Part shown: in pieces, positions 30,334 to 40,600 of the stretch
Position numbering within the stretch: position 1 is the first letter of the stretch
Layout: each line of letters begins with the position of its first letter
From: Candidatus Doudnabacteria bacterium
GTDB lineage: Bacteria; Patescibacteriota; Doudnabacteria; UBA920
Assembly: GCA_963837465.1 (NCBI GenBank)
Contig: CAWINB010000004.1
Span: 74,853-138,852, forward strand
Reading direction: 5' to 3'
DNA length: 64,000 nt
Translations under genes and position numbers: made by a program
Notes under the pieces: model-generated
What the model was told of the DNA's origin: nothing
Database searches by the model: none
What the model saw: only the letters and a program-made list of their open reading frames with translations

Positions 30334-30758
30334 TTGACAAAAGACGCAACTAAGCATAGATTTGTCTTATATAACCTGGGTTAAGGATCGCGGCTGCGCA
30401 AGCAGGTTGTCCGTCTTTTGCAAGACTAATGAATTAACAAACTTTCGAGATGTTAATCCCGCGATCCAAGCCTAATGTTTTCGGGAGCCGACCCTGGGGG
30501 TTGGATGCTCATTATCCAGCCGTTTTCCGCGCAGACGGAACCTGCAAGGATATGGGTAGTCGGCTTCCGTCCAGTACCAAGCCATAGTAATTAAAGAGGA
30601 ATTGGGCATGCGACCTGATTTGCCGCAGGTTGTAAAATCCGTTTGCCCGGATTTTGAGCCCAGGATTAGTTTTAATTCCTGACAGGCGCGCCGCCAGAAC
30701 GCCATAAGTCAGAACCCGGGCTCGAGTAGTTCCTTCTCCTCCTGCCCGGCTTTTTTTT
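30334..30758 (+). ncRNA. Putative ~390-nt structured non-coding RNA with promoter and terminator
   Basis: TTGACA(30334)-17-TAGATT; long helices ggatcgcgg/ccgcgatcc, ggagccgac/gtcggcttc, aggaatt/aattcct; ends ccgggc...gcccgg plus T8; no credible + strand ORF. Confidence 0.6.
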
Positions 30759-30805
30759 GTTCGCCGATGCTGGTATGCTAATAATTGGTATATTGATATT
30801 AAGCT

Positions 30806-32902
30806 ATGTCAAAATTTAAATTACAATCCAAGTTTAAACCTGCTGGCGACCAACCCAAGGCTATTGAAGGCTTGATTAAATCTATAGAGGCCAAGCGCCG
30901 CTACCAGACTTTGCTTGGAGTAACGGGCTCGGGAAAAACCTTCTCCATGGCGAACGTGGTACAGCATTTCCAAAAACCCACGCTCATCATCAGCCACAAC
31001 AAAACTTTGGCCGCGCAGTTGGCCGCGGAGTTTCAGGAATTTTTTCCGGATAACGCCGTGCACTATTTTGTTTCCTATTACGATTACTACCAGCCCGAAG
31101 CCTATATCCCCCGCTCAGATACCTACATAGAAAAAGACACCCAAATTAACGAAGAGATAGACCGTTTGCGCAACGCGGCCACGCAATCGCTTTTATCCCG
31201 AAAAGATGTGCTGATAGTAGCCAGCGTTTCCTGCATTTACGGGCTTGGCAACCCCGCCAATTATTTGGAACTGTCCCTGCCGGTAAAAAAAGGCCAGTCG
31301 CTTAAACGCGACAAGCTAATTAGAAGGCTAACAGACCTCCAGTATCATAGAAACGATCTTGAGCTGGAGCGCGGAAGTTTTAGAGCCAAGGGCGACGTGG
31401 TGGAAATTATTTTATCTTCCGAGGACACCGTTATCCGTATGGATTTTTTTGGCGATGTCCTGGAGAATATAGAACGTCTGGACGTGGTAACCGGCCGCAA
31501 AATCGAAAGCTTAAAGGAATTTATTATTTTCCCGGCCAAGCATTTTGTGACGCCCGAAGACAAGCTTAAGGAGGCCACGGAAAATATCCGGCGGGAACTG
31601 GCTGACCAGATTAAAAAATTCAAATCGCGGGACAAGCTTATAGAAGCCCAGCGCGTAGAACAGCGCACCAATTTTGACCTGGAAATGCTCACCAACACCG
31701 GTTTTGTTTCGGGCATAGAAAACTACTCCCGCCAGCTGGAAGGCCGCGAAGCCGGCAGTCCGCCTTCCACATTAATTGATTATTTTCCCGATGACTTCCT
31801 TTTATTTATAGACGAATCCCACCAGAGCATCCCGCAAATTGGCGCCATGTACGAGGGCGACAAATCGCGCAAAACCACTTTGGTGGATTACGGCTTCCGG
31901 CTGCCCAGCGCTTTGGACAACCGGCCGTTAAAATTCGCCGAGTTTGAAAAAAAAATCAACCAGGTAATTTTTGTTTCCGCCACGCCGGCCGAGTTTGAAA
32001 TAGAAAGAAGCCTGACGCAAAAAGACACCAAGTTCGTCACAAAGTCCAAACGTACACAAGAGGAGCAAAGCATTATAGACGCGCGCGGGAAATTAAAACA
32101 AATGGATCCGCCTTCAATTGTTGAGCAAATTATCCGCCCCACTGGACTGCTTGACCCAACAATAGAAATCAAACCCATAAAAAACCAAGTGGATGATTTA
32201 ATGGAGCGGATTAAAGAACGGATAAATAAACACCAGCGCGTTTTGGTGGCAACCTTAACCAAGCGGATGGCCGAAGAGTTGACCGAATATTTAAAAGAAG
32301 ACGGCGTAAAAGTCCAGTACCTGCACAGCGATGTGGATACTTTTGAGCGTTTGGAAATACTACGCGACCTGCGCTTGGGAGTTTTTAATGTCTTGGTGGG
32401 AATTAACCTATTACGGGAAGGCCTGGATTTGCCGGAAGTTTCCCTGGTGGCAATTTTGGACGCGGACAAAGAAGGTTTTTTGCGCAGCGAAACTTTTTTT
32501 ATGCAAATGATGGGCCGCGCGGCCCGCCACTTAGAGGGCCATGTGGTAATGTATGCCGATAGGATTACCGGGAGTATGGATAGAGCTATAAGCGAAACCA
32601 CCCGCCGCCGCAAACTCCAGGAAAACTATAACAAAAAGCACGGCATTACCCCGCAGTCCATAAAAAAAGCCATAGCCGATTCCCGCCTGGCCGGCAGCAA
32701 AAAAGAAATTGAAGCTGTTGACGACGAGGCCAAGCAGATTGATCCGAGCAAAATGAACAACGAAGAGATAAAATTCTACATGGACGAACTGGAACAACAA
32801 ATGGACTTGGCCGCCAAAAACCTGGAATTTGAACTTGCGGCGAGACTAAGGGACAGAATTGATGAGATAAAAAAAGTGCAAAAACTGACAGCAAAAAGAT
32901 AA
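30806..32902 (+). CDS. uvrB: Excinuclease ABC subunit B
   Basis: LLGVTGSGKT, FVSYYDYYQPEAY, DESH, GINLLREGLDLPEV, C-terminal UVR domain. Confidence 0.98.
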   Translation: MSKFKLQSKFKPAGDQPKAIEGLIKSIEAKRRYQTLLGVTGSGKTFSMANVVQHFQKPTLIISHNKTLAAQLAAEFQEFFPDNAVHYFVSYYDYYQPEAYIPRSDTYIEKDTQINEEIDRLRNAATQSLLSRKDVLIVASVSCIYGLGNPANYLELSLPVKKGQSLKRDKLIRRLTDLQYHRNDLELERGSFRAKGDVVEIILSSEDTVIRMDFFGDVLENIERLDVVTGRKIESLKEFIIFPAKHFVTPEDKLKEATENIRRELADQIKKFKSRDKLIEAQRVEQRTNFDLEMLTNTGFVSGIENYSRQLEGREAGSPPSTLIDYFPDDFLLFIDESHQSIPQIGAMYEGDKSRKTTLVDYGFRLPSALDNRPLKFAEFEKKINQVIFVSATPAEFEIERSLTQKDTKFVTKSKRTQEEQSIIDARGKLKQMDPPSIVEQIIRPTGLLDPTIEIKPIKNQVDDLMERIKERINKHQRVLVATLTKRMAEELTEYLKEDGVKVQYLHSDVDTFERLEILRDLRLGVFNVLVGINLLREGLDLPEVSLVAILDADKEGFLRSETFFMQMMGRAARHLEGHVVMYADRITGSMDRAISETTRRRKLQENYNKKHGITPQSIKKAIADSRLAGSKKEIEAVDDEAKQIDPSKMNNEEIKFYMDELEQQMDLAAKNLEFELAARLRDRIDEIKKVQKLTAKR

Positions 32903-32965
32903 TATCTTTTTGCTGTCATCCTGAGGAGCGCATCCGACGAAGGATCCCTTACTTAAAAACCGGCA

Positions 32966-33721
32966 TTACGCCTGTTTTTTTATAACCTTCTCATAAGGCT
33001 CGGCCGATTCCCAAGCGAACTCAAACAAAATCTTAATAGCGTGGCTTATTTCTTTGCTTGTAATGCTTACCGCGAATATAGTTGGCCGAAAAGAAAAAAA
33101 TACTACAGTGTCGCCAAAAATGGCGTTGTCCGTTAAAAAGTTTTTTTCATTCGGCAAAAACCGCGCCTGGTAATTTTTGTCTTTGGTTGCAATTTTTGCG
33201 TATTCCAAGTTCTCTTTAGAGTATCCCATAACATCGCGCACGGTTAAATTTATTTCCTGGGCTCTTTTCAAAAATTGCACCAGGGTTTCCGGGTCCACTT
33301 TTAAAGCATCCGCGGGAGTGCCAAAAAACCAGACCTCGTTAGCGGAATAAATTTTTTGATAAATTTGTTTTACACCCTCTTTGCCCTCAAATAATTGGAC
33401 ATTGGGTTTTTCCTTTTTGGCGTTAAATAAGGCCAATAAATTTGGCATTGTGCTTTTAAGCAATTCTTCTTTTTTGCGCAAATCGTAAATCAGCTTTTCC
33501 GGCGACTCGGCCGTGTACAAAGCTTTTTTGGCGCGCGGAATAATGCTGACAATCCCCTTTTGCTGGAGCTCATCCAAAATTAAATAGGTAGTCGGGCGTT
33601 TAAGCCCCGCTTTTGCGGCAATTAACTGCACACTCGCCGTCCCCAATTCCAAAAGGGCCAAATAAACTCCGGCCTGTTTTTGGTTTAATCCTGTTTGATT
33701 TAAAACATCGGAAATCTCCAT
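32966..33721 (-). CDS. TrmB-family transcriptional regulator, paralog 1 (ATG 33721)
   Basis: GLNQKQAGVYLALLELG...IAAKAGLKRPTTYLILDELQQKG, VQLFEGKEGV. Confidence 0.88.
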   Translation of the reverse strand: MEISDVLNQTGLNQKQAGVYLALLELGTASVQLIAAKAGLKRPTTYLILDELQQKGIVSIIPRAKKALYTAESPEKLIYDLRKKEELLKSTMPNLLALFNAKKEKPNVQLFEGKEGVKQIYQKIYSANEVWFFGTPADALKVDPETLVQFLKRAQEINLTVRDVMGYSKENLEYAKIATKDKNYQARFLPNEKNFLTDNAIFGDTVVFFSFRPTIFAVSITSKEISHAIKILFEFAWESAEPYEKVIKKQA

Positions 33722-33904
33722 ATATTTTACTCGGCAGCATTCCTTAAGTTTGTAATCAAGGGTTCCTTCGGCTGCACTCAGGACGACAGCTATGTTAAGT
33801 ATAAATGATGTTTGTCGTTTTGTCAATTTTTATGACAAATAAATATATAAGCCTATAAATGCTTTATTTATGGGTAATTAATGATATAAACTAAGTCATT
33901 ATTA

Positions 33905-33933
33905 TTGACTATCTTGTATATTTATGACATAAT
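33905..33933 (+). promoter_or_regulatory. Promoter divergent from TrmB paralog 1
   Basis: TTGACT-17-CATAAT, nearly identical to 41774-41802. Confidence 0.7.
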
Positions 33934-34025
33934 AGCGAGTTACAATCAAGTAACAAACCTCCCAACTCCGGAGCGGTTGGCAAAGGTAACCTAAGCTCTA
34001 ACACAAAGCCTTAAGGAGGCAAAAA

Positions 34026-34562
34026 ATGAAGACGCAAATCGGTTGGACAAAGATGGCATGGACATTAGTGACCGCCCTCGTTCTTGGACTCATCATCTAT
34101 CCGCATCAACGCCGAGAGAAGAAGGTTGCGGCGGATACTGCCACACTTCGCGGCCGCCTGCTCGGCAATAAGAATTACCGCAACTTTGAAGTCGGCCTGG
34201 AGGAGTATAACATCTCCCTGGTTGACCACGGCGAAATAGAAGTCGAACTGCGCGACCGGCGCGTATGTCACGGCAGCACAAATCCTGATGATGTTTGTAC
34301 CGCCATCATTTGGAGAATGGATGTCCACGGAAAATTCATCAGCCGCGAGACCTACAACTTCAACCACGGGATAAATGTCGGGGTCGGCCGCATCGACAGC
34401 ATTGGACCTAAGGAAGATTATCGTCAGGTGGCGAGTTACGGGATAGGCAACGCGATCCCTTATACCTTTCAGGTCTATCCTTACAGTCCTAAAGACAGGC
34501 GCCTGTACTACTTTCAGCAGCAAATCGACGCGCTGCTGAAAGACATCCCTCCGGCAGCGTAA
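34026..34562 (+). CDS. Hypothetical membrane-anchored/exported protein
   Basis: AAGGAGG SD; N-terminal hydrophobic segment. Confidence 0.7.
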   Translation: MKTQIGWTKMAWTLVTALVLGLIIYPHQRREKKVAADTATLRGRLLGNKNYRNFEVGLEEYNISLVDHGEIEVELRDRRVCHGSTNPDDVCTAIIWRMDVHGKFISRETYNFNHGINVGVGRIDSIGPKEDYRQVASYGIGNAIPYTFQVYPYSPKDRRLYYFQQQIDALLKDIPPAA

Positions 34563-34739
34563 CTACTTCAGGCGGGCGGCGATGACAACATCAACCGCCC
34601 TGCCCACTTTACTTTTTTGAATTCAACAAAGTTTTTTGACCTTACCTTAGTAAATAAAATTTGTTTACCGAGGTAGGGCCATAAACCCTAGTTCCCAGGA
34701 ACGCTCCAAACAAACTCCCCACAATATTAAGGAGAGTGT

Positions 34740-34970
34740 ATGACACAGCGCAAAGAACAGTACTTCGTTATCTCGTACCGAGATAACGGCTACTACGAGG
34801 ATGACTTAGACTGCTACACTTGGGAGTCTGACCTCCAATTCAAAGGAGCAGCCGGGCCCTTTGAAAAAGCCGAGGCGCAAGCCTGGGCAGACAAGGGCAA
34901 TAGGGTTGATAAAGAGTGGCACTACAAAATAGTGCCAAAACTGAAACTCAACCTTTTGGCTCGACTGTAA
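34740..34970 (+). CDS. Small hypothetical protein
   Basis: AAGGAG SD, 76 aa, followed by hairpins. Confidence 0.65.
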   Translation: MTQRKEQYFVISYRDNGYYEDDLDCYTWESDLQFKGAAGPFEKAEAQAWADKGNRVDKEWHYKIVPKLKLNLLARL

Positions 34971-35141
34971 CTTCGCTAACCGCCCCGCAGGTCTGTGCGG
35001 GGACGGCAAGACTCTTCACCGATTCTTGCCGCTCTACCTTAGTAAGTAAATTTTGTTTACTAAGGAGGAGAATACATAATTTTTTCCAGGTAACTTGTTT
35101 ATCTAAACAATAAATGGTAACCGGGTTTCCTGGAAAAAGTT

Positions 35142-35651
35142 ATGAAAAAACTAATTACTACCATTCTGTTTGCGATATCCACGTGCGCAAGCCTGACCGC
35201 CCAAACCCCCAATGAGCCGCAACTCTCATTGGAAGAACAAAAGATAAAGCTTAAAAAGCTGGCGCAAGACCTGCGCTTGAGCGTTGCTTTTATAAGCTTT
35301 GAGGCAGAAAAACTGCAGACGGCGACCACAAAGGCCAAAAAAGCCAAGGAAACGGACGACGAGTTCTCGGCCAAGAAAGAAGTCCAAAAAGAAGCAGGTA
35401 AATTGTTTGGGCTCGTTAAGAACTATGGGGGCTTATACCCACATCTCCAGCAGGAGTTTGATAAAATCCTCAACTCTTTTGAAGTGTTCAGACCCAAATC
35501 TGACGACCCCGACTACCTTAAAAAAACGACGGCGGAAAATAGCCGTGAGATGGAGCTTCTGGCGTGGTACAACAAACTCTGCGCGGGAACACAGCTTCCA
35601 AATAATCTGGTAAAGATTATGAGGGAAGCCAAGACTGCCACAGAGCAATAA
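35142..35651 (+). CDS. Hypothetical secreted helical protein
   Basis: Signal peptide MKKLITTILFAISTCASLTA-Q. Confidence 0.7.
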   Translation: MKKLITTILFAISTCASLTAQTPNEPQLSLEEQKIKLKKLAQDLRLSVAFISFEAEKLQTATTKAKKAKETDDEFSAKKEVQKEAGKLFGLVKNYGGLYPHLQQEFDKILNSFEVFRPKSDDPDYLKKTTAENSREMELLAWYNKLCAGTQLPNNLVKIMREAKTATEQ

Positions 35652-35869
35652 ACCATACCCGGCGCGAGACTCAAAACCTCGCGCCCCTATCTTAGCAAAT
35701 AAGCTTTATTTGTTGAGATAGGGATGTCCACTAAATTGACAACATATTAGTTAAATAAATTGCTTTAAATTAATCTTAGTATATAATTAACTTAAATAGA
35801 GACGGCTTAAATAAGCTATTCTCTTTATCTAAATAATTTAATCCCAAATTTTGGGAGAAATAAATATGT

Positions 35870-36622
35870 ATGAGAGATTTAGGAAGCACGCCTCTGGATG
35901 CTGTGGAATGGAAAGCTCCGGACACTGGGGCTGGAAGCCCTGAAGAAGGAAGCCCGCAGGCCAAAGCCGCAAAAATTATTGAAATATCAAAAGCCAATGC
36001 CTTACAGATTACTGAGAGAGAAGGAAAACCGGGCTGGGCTCCTTATGAAGACAGGTTGGCTGTTGCGGAGCGTAACTGGATATCGCAAGCCATGAAAGGC
36101 AACCAAGACCAGGCGGTTTTGGGAATTTTACAGCAACGATTGGCAGAAATAGACGAGCAAGTCCCAAACATGCAGGAATATTTACAGGATAGAGCAGCAG
36201 CGGAAGACAGTCTTGAAACGTATAGGGCTGGGATTGAGAATTCTAAAAAGGAAGCCAAAATTCTTTTGGAGCAAAAATTACCCGCCATAGAGGCTGCCTT
36301 TGCAGATTTTCCCCAAGAATTAAAAATAAATATTGCGGATAATAATGGTAAAAATATAGTGGCTTTGGATGACAGTCCTAATATGGCGATTGTGCACCAA
36401 AGGGAGCTGGGACAGCAAAAGTTTCCCGGCAAAACCGAGCAGCTGGAAAGTTTTTTAGACCAAGCCGGAAAAATTGTTACTACTTTTCCTAAACTGGAAG
36501 GAGAATACAACCTTGGTTTAATATGGCATAAAGAAAAAAGTATTACCGTCGGCAAACTATTAAAAGAAATTAAGTCCGCCCTTGAAGCGGCGGAAAAAGT
36601 TAAAACCCCGGAAACTCTTTAA
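35870..36622 (+). CDS. Hypothetical protein
   Basis: 250-aa ORF, first of three tightly spaced genes. Confidence 0.65.
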   Translation: MRDLGSTPLDAVEWKAPDTGAGSPEEGSPQAKAAKIIEISKANALQITEREGKPGWAPYEDRLAVAERNWISQAMKGNQDQAVLGILQQRLAEIDEQVPNMQEYLQDRAAAEDSLETYRAGIENSKKEAKILLEQKLPAIEAAFADFPQELKINIADNNGKNIVALDDSPNMAIVHQRELGQQKFPGKTEQLESFLDQAGKIVTTFPKLEGEYNLGLIWHKEKSITVGKLLKEIKSALEAAEKVKTPETL

Positions 36623-36640
36623 ACAAGAGGGTTTATTATT

Positions 36641-37360
36641 TTGATTATGAACGAAACGGGAAGCAACAACGAAGAATTAGCCAATTGGCATCCGCCCGAA
36701 GAACCCAAAAAACCTTCGCGTTTTGGCAGGACTTTGGGCGCTGTAAACAGATTCAAAGACGCCGCAACAGAAGCGGCGGCTGGACAGTTTGCCAAGGGCA
36801 TGAAAGCCGCAAGGAATTTTGATACAGAGGCGGTTTTGACAGCGGCACAGGCGGCAGTGGATAGCGCCGCAACTGTCGGTAAGGATCTTGCCGGACGAGG
36901 CGCGGAGGTTGCAATCAATTTTAAAGATAGTGCTATTAAAACTTTTGAGGGTGAAAGATTCCGACAGCTTACTGCAACCCTCCAGGAAGTATTAACTTCG
37001 CCGGAAGCCCGTAAAGTTCTGGAAAAATTGCCCTTTGCCCGTGGGATTGTAAAAATTATTGAGGGCGGCGTGGGCACAACCATGGAACGGGAATCTTTAA
37101 GTGTATTCGGCAGAATGAAAAAAGTTGTCGGCGGAGGTAAAGATTTAGCGGTGGATACTCTGGGCGGAGAGGCTATAAAGGGAGCAAAAATTTTACAAGC
37201 GTTAATTAATGCCGGGCCCGATATTTTATCCCAAGTTGGGCATGCGCTAAAGGCCAGAGAAGTTAAAGGCGCGGAAACAATAGCGGCTTTGGCAAGTTTT
37301 ATGCAGGAACACCCAACCATCATAAACTTCTTAAGCGGCAAATTGCCGTCAAAAAGATAA
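36641..37360 (+). CDS. Hypothetical protein
   Basis: 239-aa Ala/Gly-rich helical ORF. Confidence 0.65.
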   Translation: MIMNETGSNNEELANWHPPEEPKKPSRFGRTLGAVNRFKDAATEAAAGQFAKGMKAARNFDTEAVLTAAQAAVDSAATVGKDLAGRGAEVAINFKDSAIKTFEGERFRQLTATLQEVLTSPEARKVLEKLPFARGIVKIIEGGVGTTMERESLSVFGRMKKVVGGGKDLAVDTLGGEAIKGAKILQALINAGPDILSQVGHALKAREVKGAETIAALASFMQEHPTIINFLSGKLPSKR

Positions 37361-37365
37361 TACTT

Positions 37366-37536
37366 ATGACCCAAGACCAACTAAACCAAATTTTAGATCA
37401 GCTTATTTCCTTAGGCGGGAATAAAGACGAATTGGAAATGTGGAGGGCCTTATACTTGACTTTACCTCAGGAAAAACAGGAGCAATTGGATAAAAATTTC
37501 AAACGGGAACTGGAACTGCTAAAAAATCAAGCCTGA
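37366..37536 (+). CDS. Small hypothetical protein (56 aa; absent from the ORF track)
   Basis: MTQDQLNQILDQLISLGGNKDELEMWRALYLTLPQEKQEQLDKNFKRELELLKNQA, 5 nt after the previous stop. Confidence 0.6.
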   Translation: MTQDQLNQILDQLISLGGNKDELEMWRALYLTLPQEKQEQLDKNFKRELELLKNQA

Positions 37537-37603
37537 TAAAATCAGGCTTTTTAAATCCACGGATACCTTGATTTTTGGGTCAAAATACTATAAAGTTTGT
37601 TGT

Positions 37604-40600
37604 ATGAAAAATTCATGGATTAACAATTATTTTGACGGGTTTACAATAGAAAAAGGGCGGGATTACTTTAACCAAAACAGGGTAAAGAGTATTAAATTTG
37701 AAGACGATGAATTAACGGCAAAAGTTTGGGGTACCGGCGCAAACCCTTACGATACAAAAATTCATCTGGAAAAAAGCGGAATATGTCACACCGAATGCAG
37801 TTGTCCAATAGGAGACGGCTGCAAACATTGCTCGGCTCTGGCTTTGGCTTACTTATCGGAGCAAAATAACCTGGCCTTGCCAACCATTAACGCGGCCGCC
37901 AAACAGGTTGTAAGCGGGCCTCCGGTAAAAATCGGCGCGTGGCAAAAATTTTTGGAGCCGATAATCGGCGGCAAACAGGAAACAAACAGCGACGCCGCGA
38001 CTCCGTGGCGCCTGCAAATTATATTGCGAACCAATGAGCCGGATTATTACCAAGAGGGTGTGGCGGAAGGCGCCGAACTACTGGTGGAACTTCGTCCGCA
38101 AAAAGTACATAACCAAACCGGCAAAACTATTTTCAGCGGCGTGGAATGGAACAGCCTGGAAAACTTAAAAACCCGCGACTATCAATATTACGTCCACGAG
38201 CCGGACAAACAACCCCCCAGAAGCCAAATAATTTGGCTTTGTAATTTACACGACGCCTTAAACCCGGACACCGGTTATTATTTTTCATCCAAAGACTGGC
38301 TGCCGGTGCCCGCCAGAAAAGCCGCGGATGTTTTTCGGTTGCTGTTAACAGCCGAAGAATTCGGCATAGACATAAAAGACCTGGCCGGCATTAAAGTAAA
38401 TATCAGCAACAAACCGGTAAAAAATTCTTTGGTAATAACCGAAGCCGGCAATAATGTAACTATCAGCCCTGAACTGACCCAGGACGGCAAAGTCATTGAT
38501 ATGGAAAGCCTGGAAACGGGAAGGCCGCCTGTTTTTGTCCTTTTGACCGGCAAACAGCCGAATTCCAAACAGCCGCTGGAGCTGAGACCTGTAATTCAAG
38601 CCGGCGCCGGCGTTAAAAAATTTGAAAGGCCTCTGGCAATACCGCAAAATGAACTTGACCAGTTTGTTAAAGAGTACCTGCCGCTGCTGGCCAGGGATTT
38701 TTATATAATTTCACAAACTGAAAAAATAAAACCGCCGATTTTAGGTGATCCGGTTTTAAACATATCCGTAAATAAAATATCTCCCCAATCCATAGGCATA
38801 GAAAATTATCTTGCCTACAATAACCGGCGCCTGGATTTGGCAAAAAATGATATTTATCTGGATAACGGGAACGAAGCGCCAATAGCCAGAAATTTGCGGC
38901 TGGAAAACCGTTTGAGCCGCGTAGTGACGGAAAAAATAATAGCGGCCGGCATTAAAACAGCGGCCAGGGAACAATTTACGCTGGCCGGCGCCGAAGCCAA
39001 AAGTTTTTTGGAAAAGGTTTTGCCGTCGCTGCGCGAACATCAGAACATTATTCTGGAGTCCGCCGCCGATTTGCCCCGGTTTGAAGAAGTGCTTGGGGCT
39101 CCAAAAATAGAAATTGAAATGGAGCAGGGGCAAAGCCAGGATTGGTTTGACCTCCAGCTAAAAATTTTCGTTGATGGCGCCAGCATACCTGTCGCAGAAA
39201 TTTTAAACGCGCTCGCGCAAAACAGCACCCTGTTGTTTTTGGCGGACGGCAGGTACATAGATTTAAGCAAAAGTCCGGAAATCCAAAAACTCCAGGCCCT
39301 GCTCAAACGCGCCAACAAGCTAAAAGACGTGGCCGGCGGCAAGCTCTCCATAAGCAAGTTTGAAGCCGGATGGTTCGAACAGCTTAAAGAACTCGGCATT
39401 GTGGCCAAGCAATCCAAACTTTGGGAAGACAGTGTGGGAAAACTAAAAAATTCTTCCGCTCCGGAATTGCTGCCGCATCCAAAAAATTGGCAGCACAAAC
39501 TGCGGGATTACCAACTGGAAGGCTTTTCCTGGCTGAACTTTTTGGCCGAAAACAACCTGGGCGGAATTTTGGCCGATGACATGGGCCTGGGCAAGACTGC
39601 TCAAAGTATTGCCCTGATATGCAAAGTTGCGGAAACAACCAAACTGCCCACCCTGATAGTAGCCCCAACCAGCGTGGTGGAAAGCTGGGATATGGAACTT
39701 AAAAAATTCGCGCCGGAACTTAAAACGGCAATTTTAAGGAGCGGCGACAGAAAAGCCGCGCTTAAAACGCTGGGCAAAAACCAGGTAGTGATAACTTCTT
39801 ACGCCCTTGTCAGGCGCGATTTTGAAATTTTAAAAAAACAGGTCTGGAAAATGCTGGTACTGGACGAAGCTCAAATGTTGAAAAACTACCAGTCGCAAAG
39901 CTACGGGCTGATAAGACAATTAAATGCCGGTGTAAAAATAGGGCTCTCCGGCACGCCAATGGAAAACAATTTAAGCGAGCTCTGGTCGGTTTTTTCCATA
40001 GTTTGTCCCGGACTGTTTTCCGATATTGAGCACTTTAAGGAATTTTTCCAAAAACCAATAGAAAGATTTTCCAATAAGGAAGCGCTGGACAGCCTGCGCA
40101 AACAAATCCGGCCTTTTATAATGCGGCGCAAAAAAGAACTGCTGGGAAAAGAATTGCCGGCAAAAATTGAACAAATTTCCCTGATGGATTTACAGGGCCG
40201 CCACCGAAAAATTTATGACCTCTGGCTGGCCAAGCAGAGGCAACTGGTTTTGGGGTTAATTGAACAGGGCGGGATGAAAGCCAACCGCTTTGCCATTCTT
40301 ACCGCCCTTACCCGCTTAAGGCAACTTTGCCTGCATCCGGCATTGGTGGATAAAAAACACCTGTCGGTGGAAGCTGTAAAAGTAGAAGGGCTGATTGGAC
40401 AAATTGAAGCCATTGTAGACGGCGGCCACCAGGTGCTGGTATTTAGCCAGTTTACCGGTTTTTTGGAAATTATCAGAAGCAGGCTTTCCGCGGAAGGCTA
40501 TTTTTATTCCTACATAGACGGCTCGGTAAAAAAACGCCGCGAAGAAATTGACAAGTTCCAGTCGGGCAAAACAAAAATTTTCCTCATTAGCCTTAAAGCC

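Larger units (their letters stand above)
34640..35723 (+). repeat. Three ~39-bp imperfect palindromes (34640-34678, 35032-35070, 35685-35723), each after a small gene
   Basis: Consensus CYTAYCTTAGYAARTAA-n3-TTRTTTRYYRAGRWRG; each preceded by a GC-rich hairpin. Confidence 0.8.

Noticed and set aside
34640-35723. Integron attC array or second CRISPR array
   Set aside because: No integrase or attC core sites; repeats are separated by whole genes rather than 25-40 bp spacers
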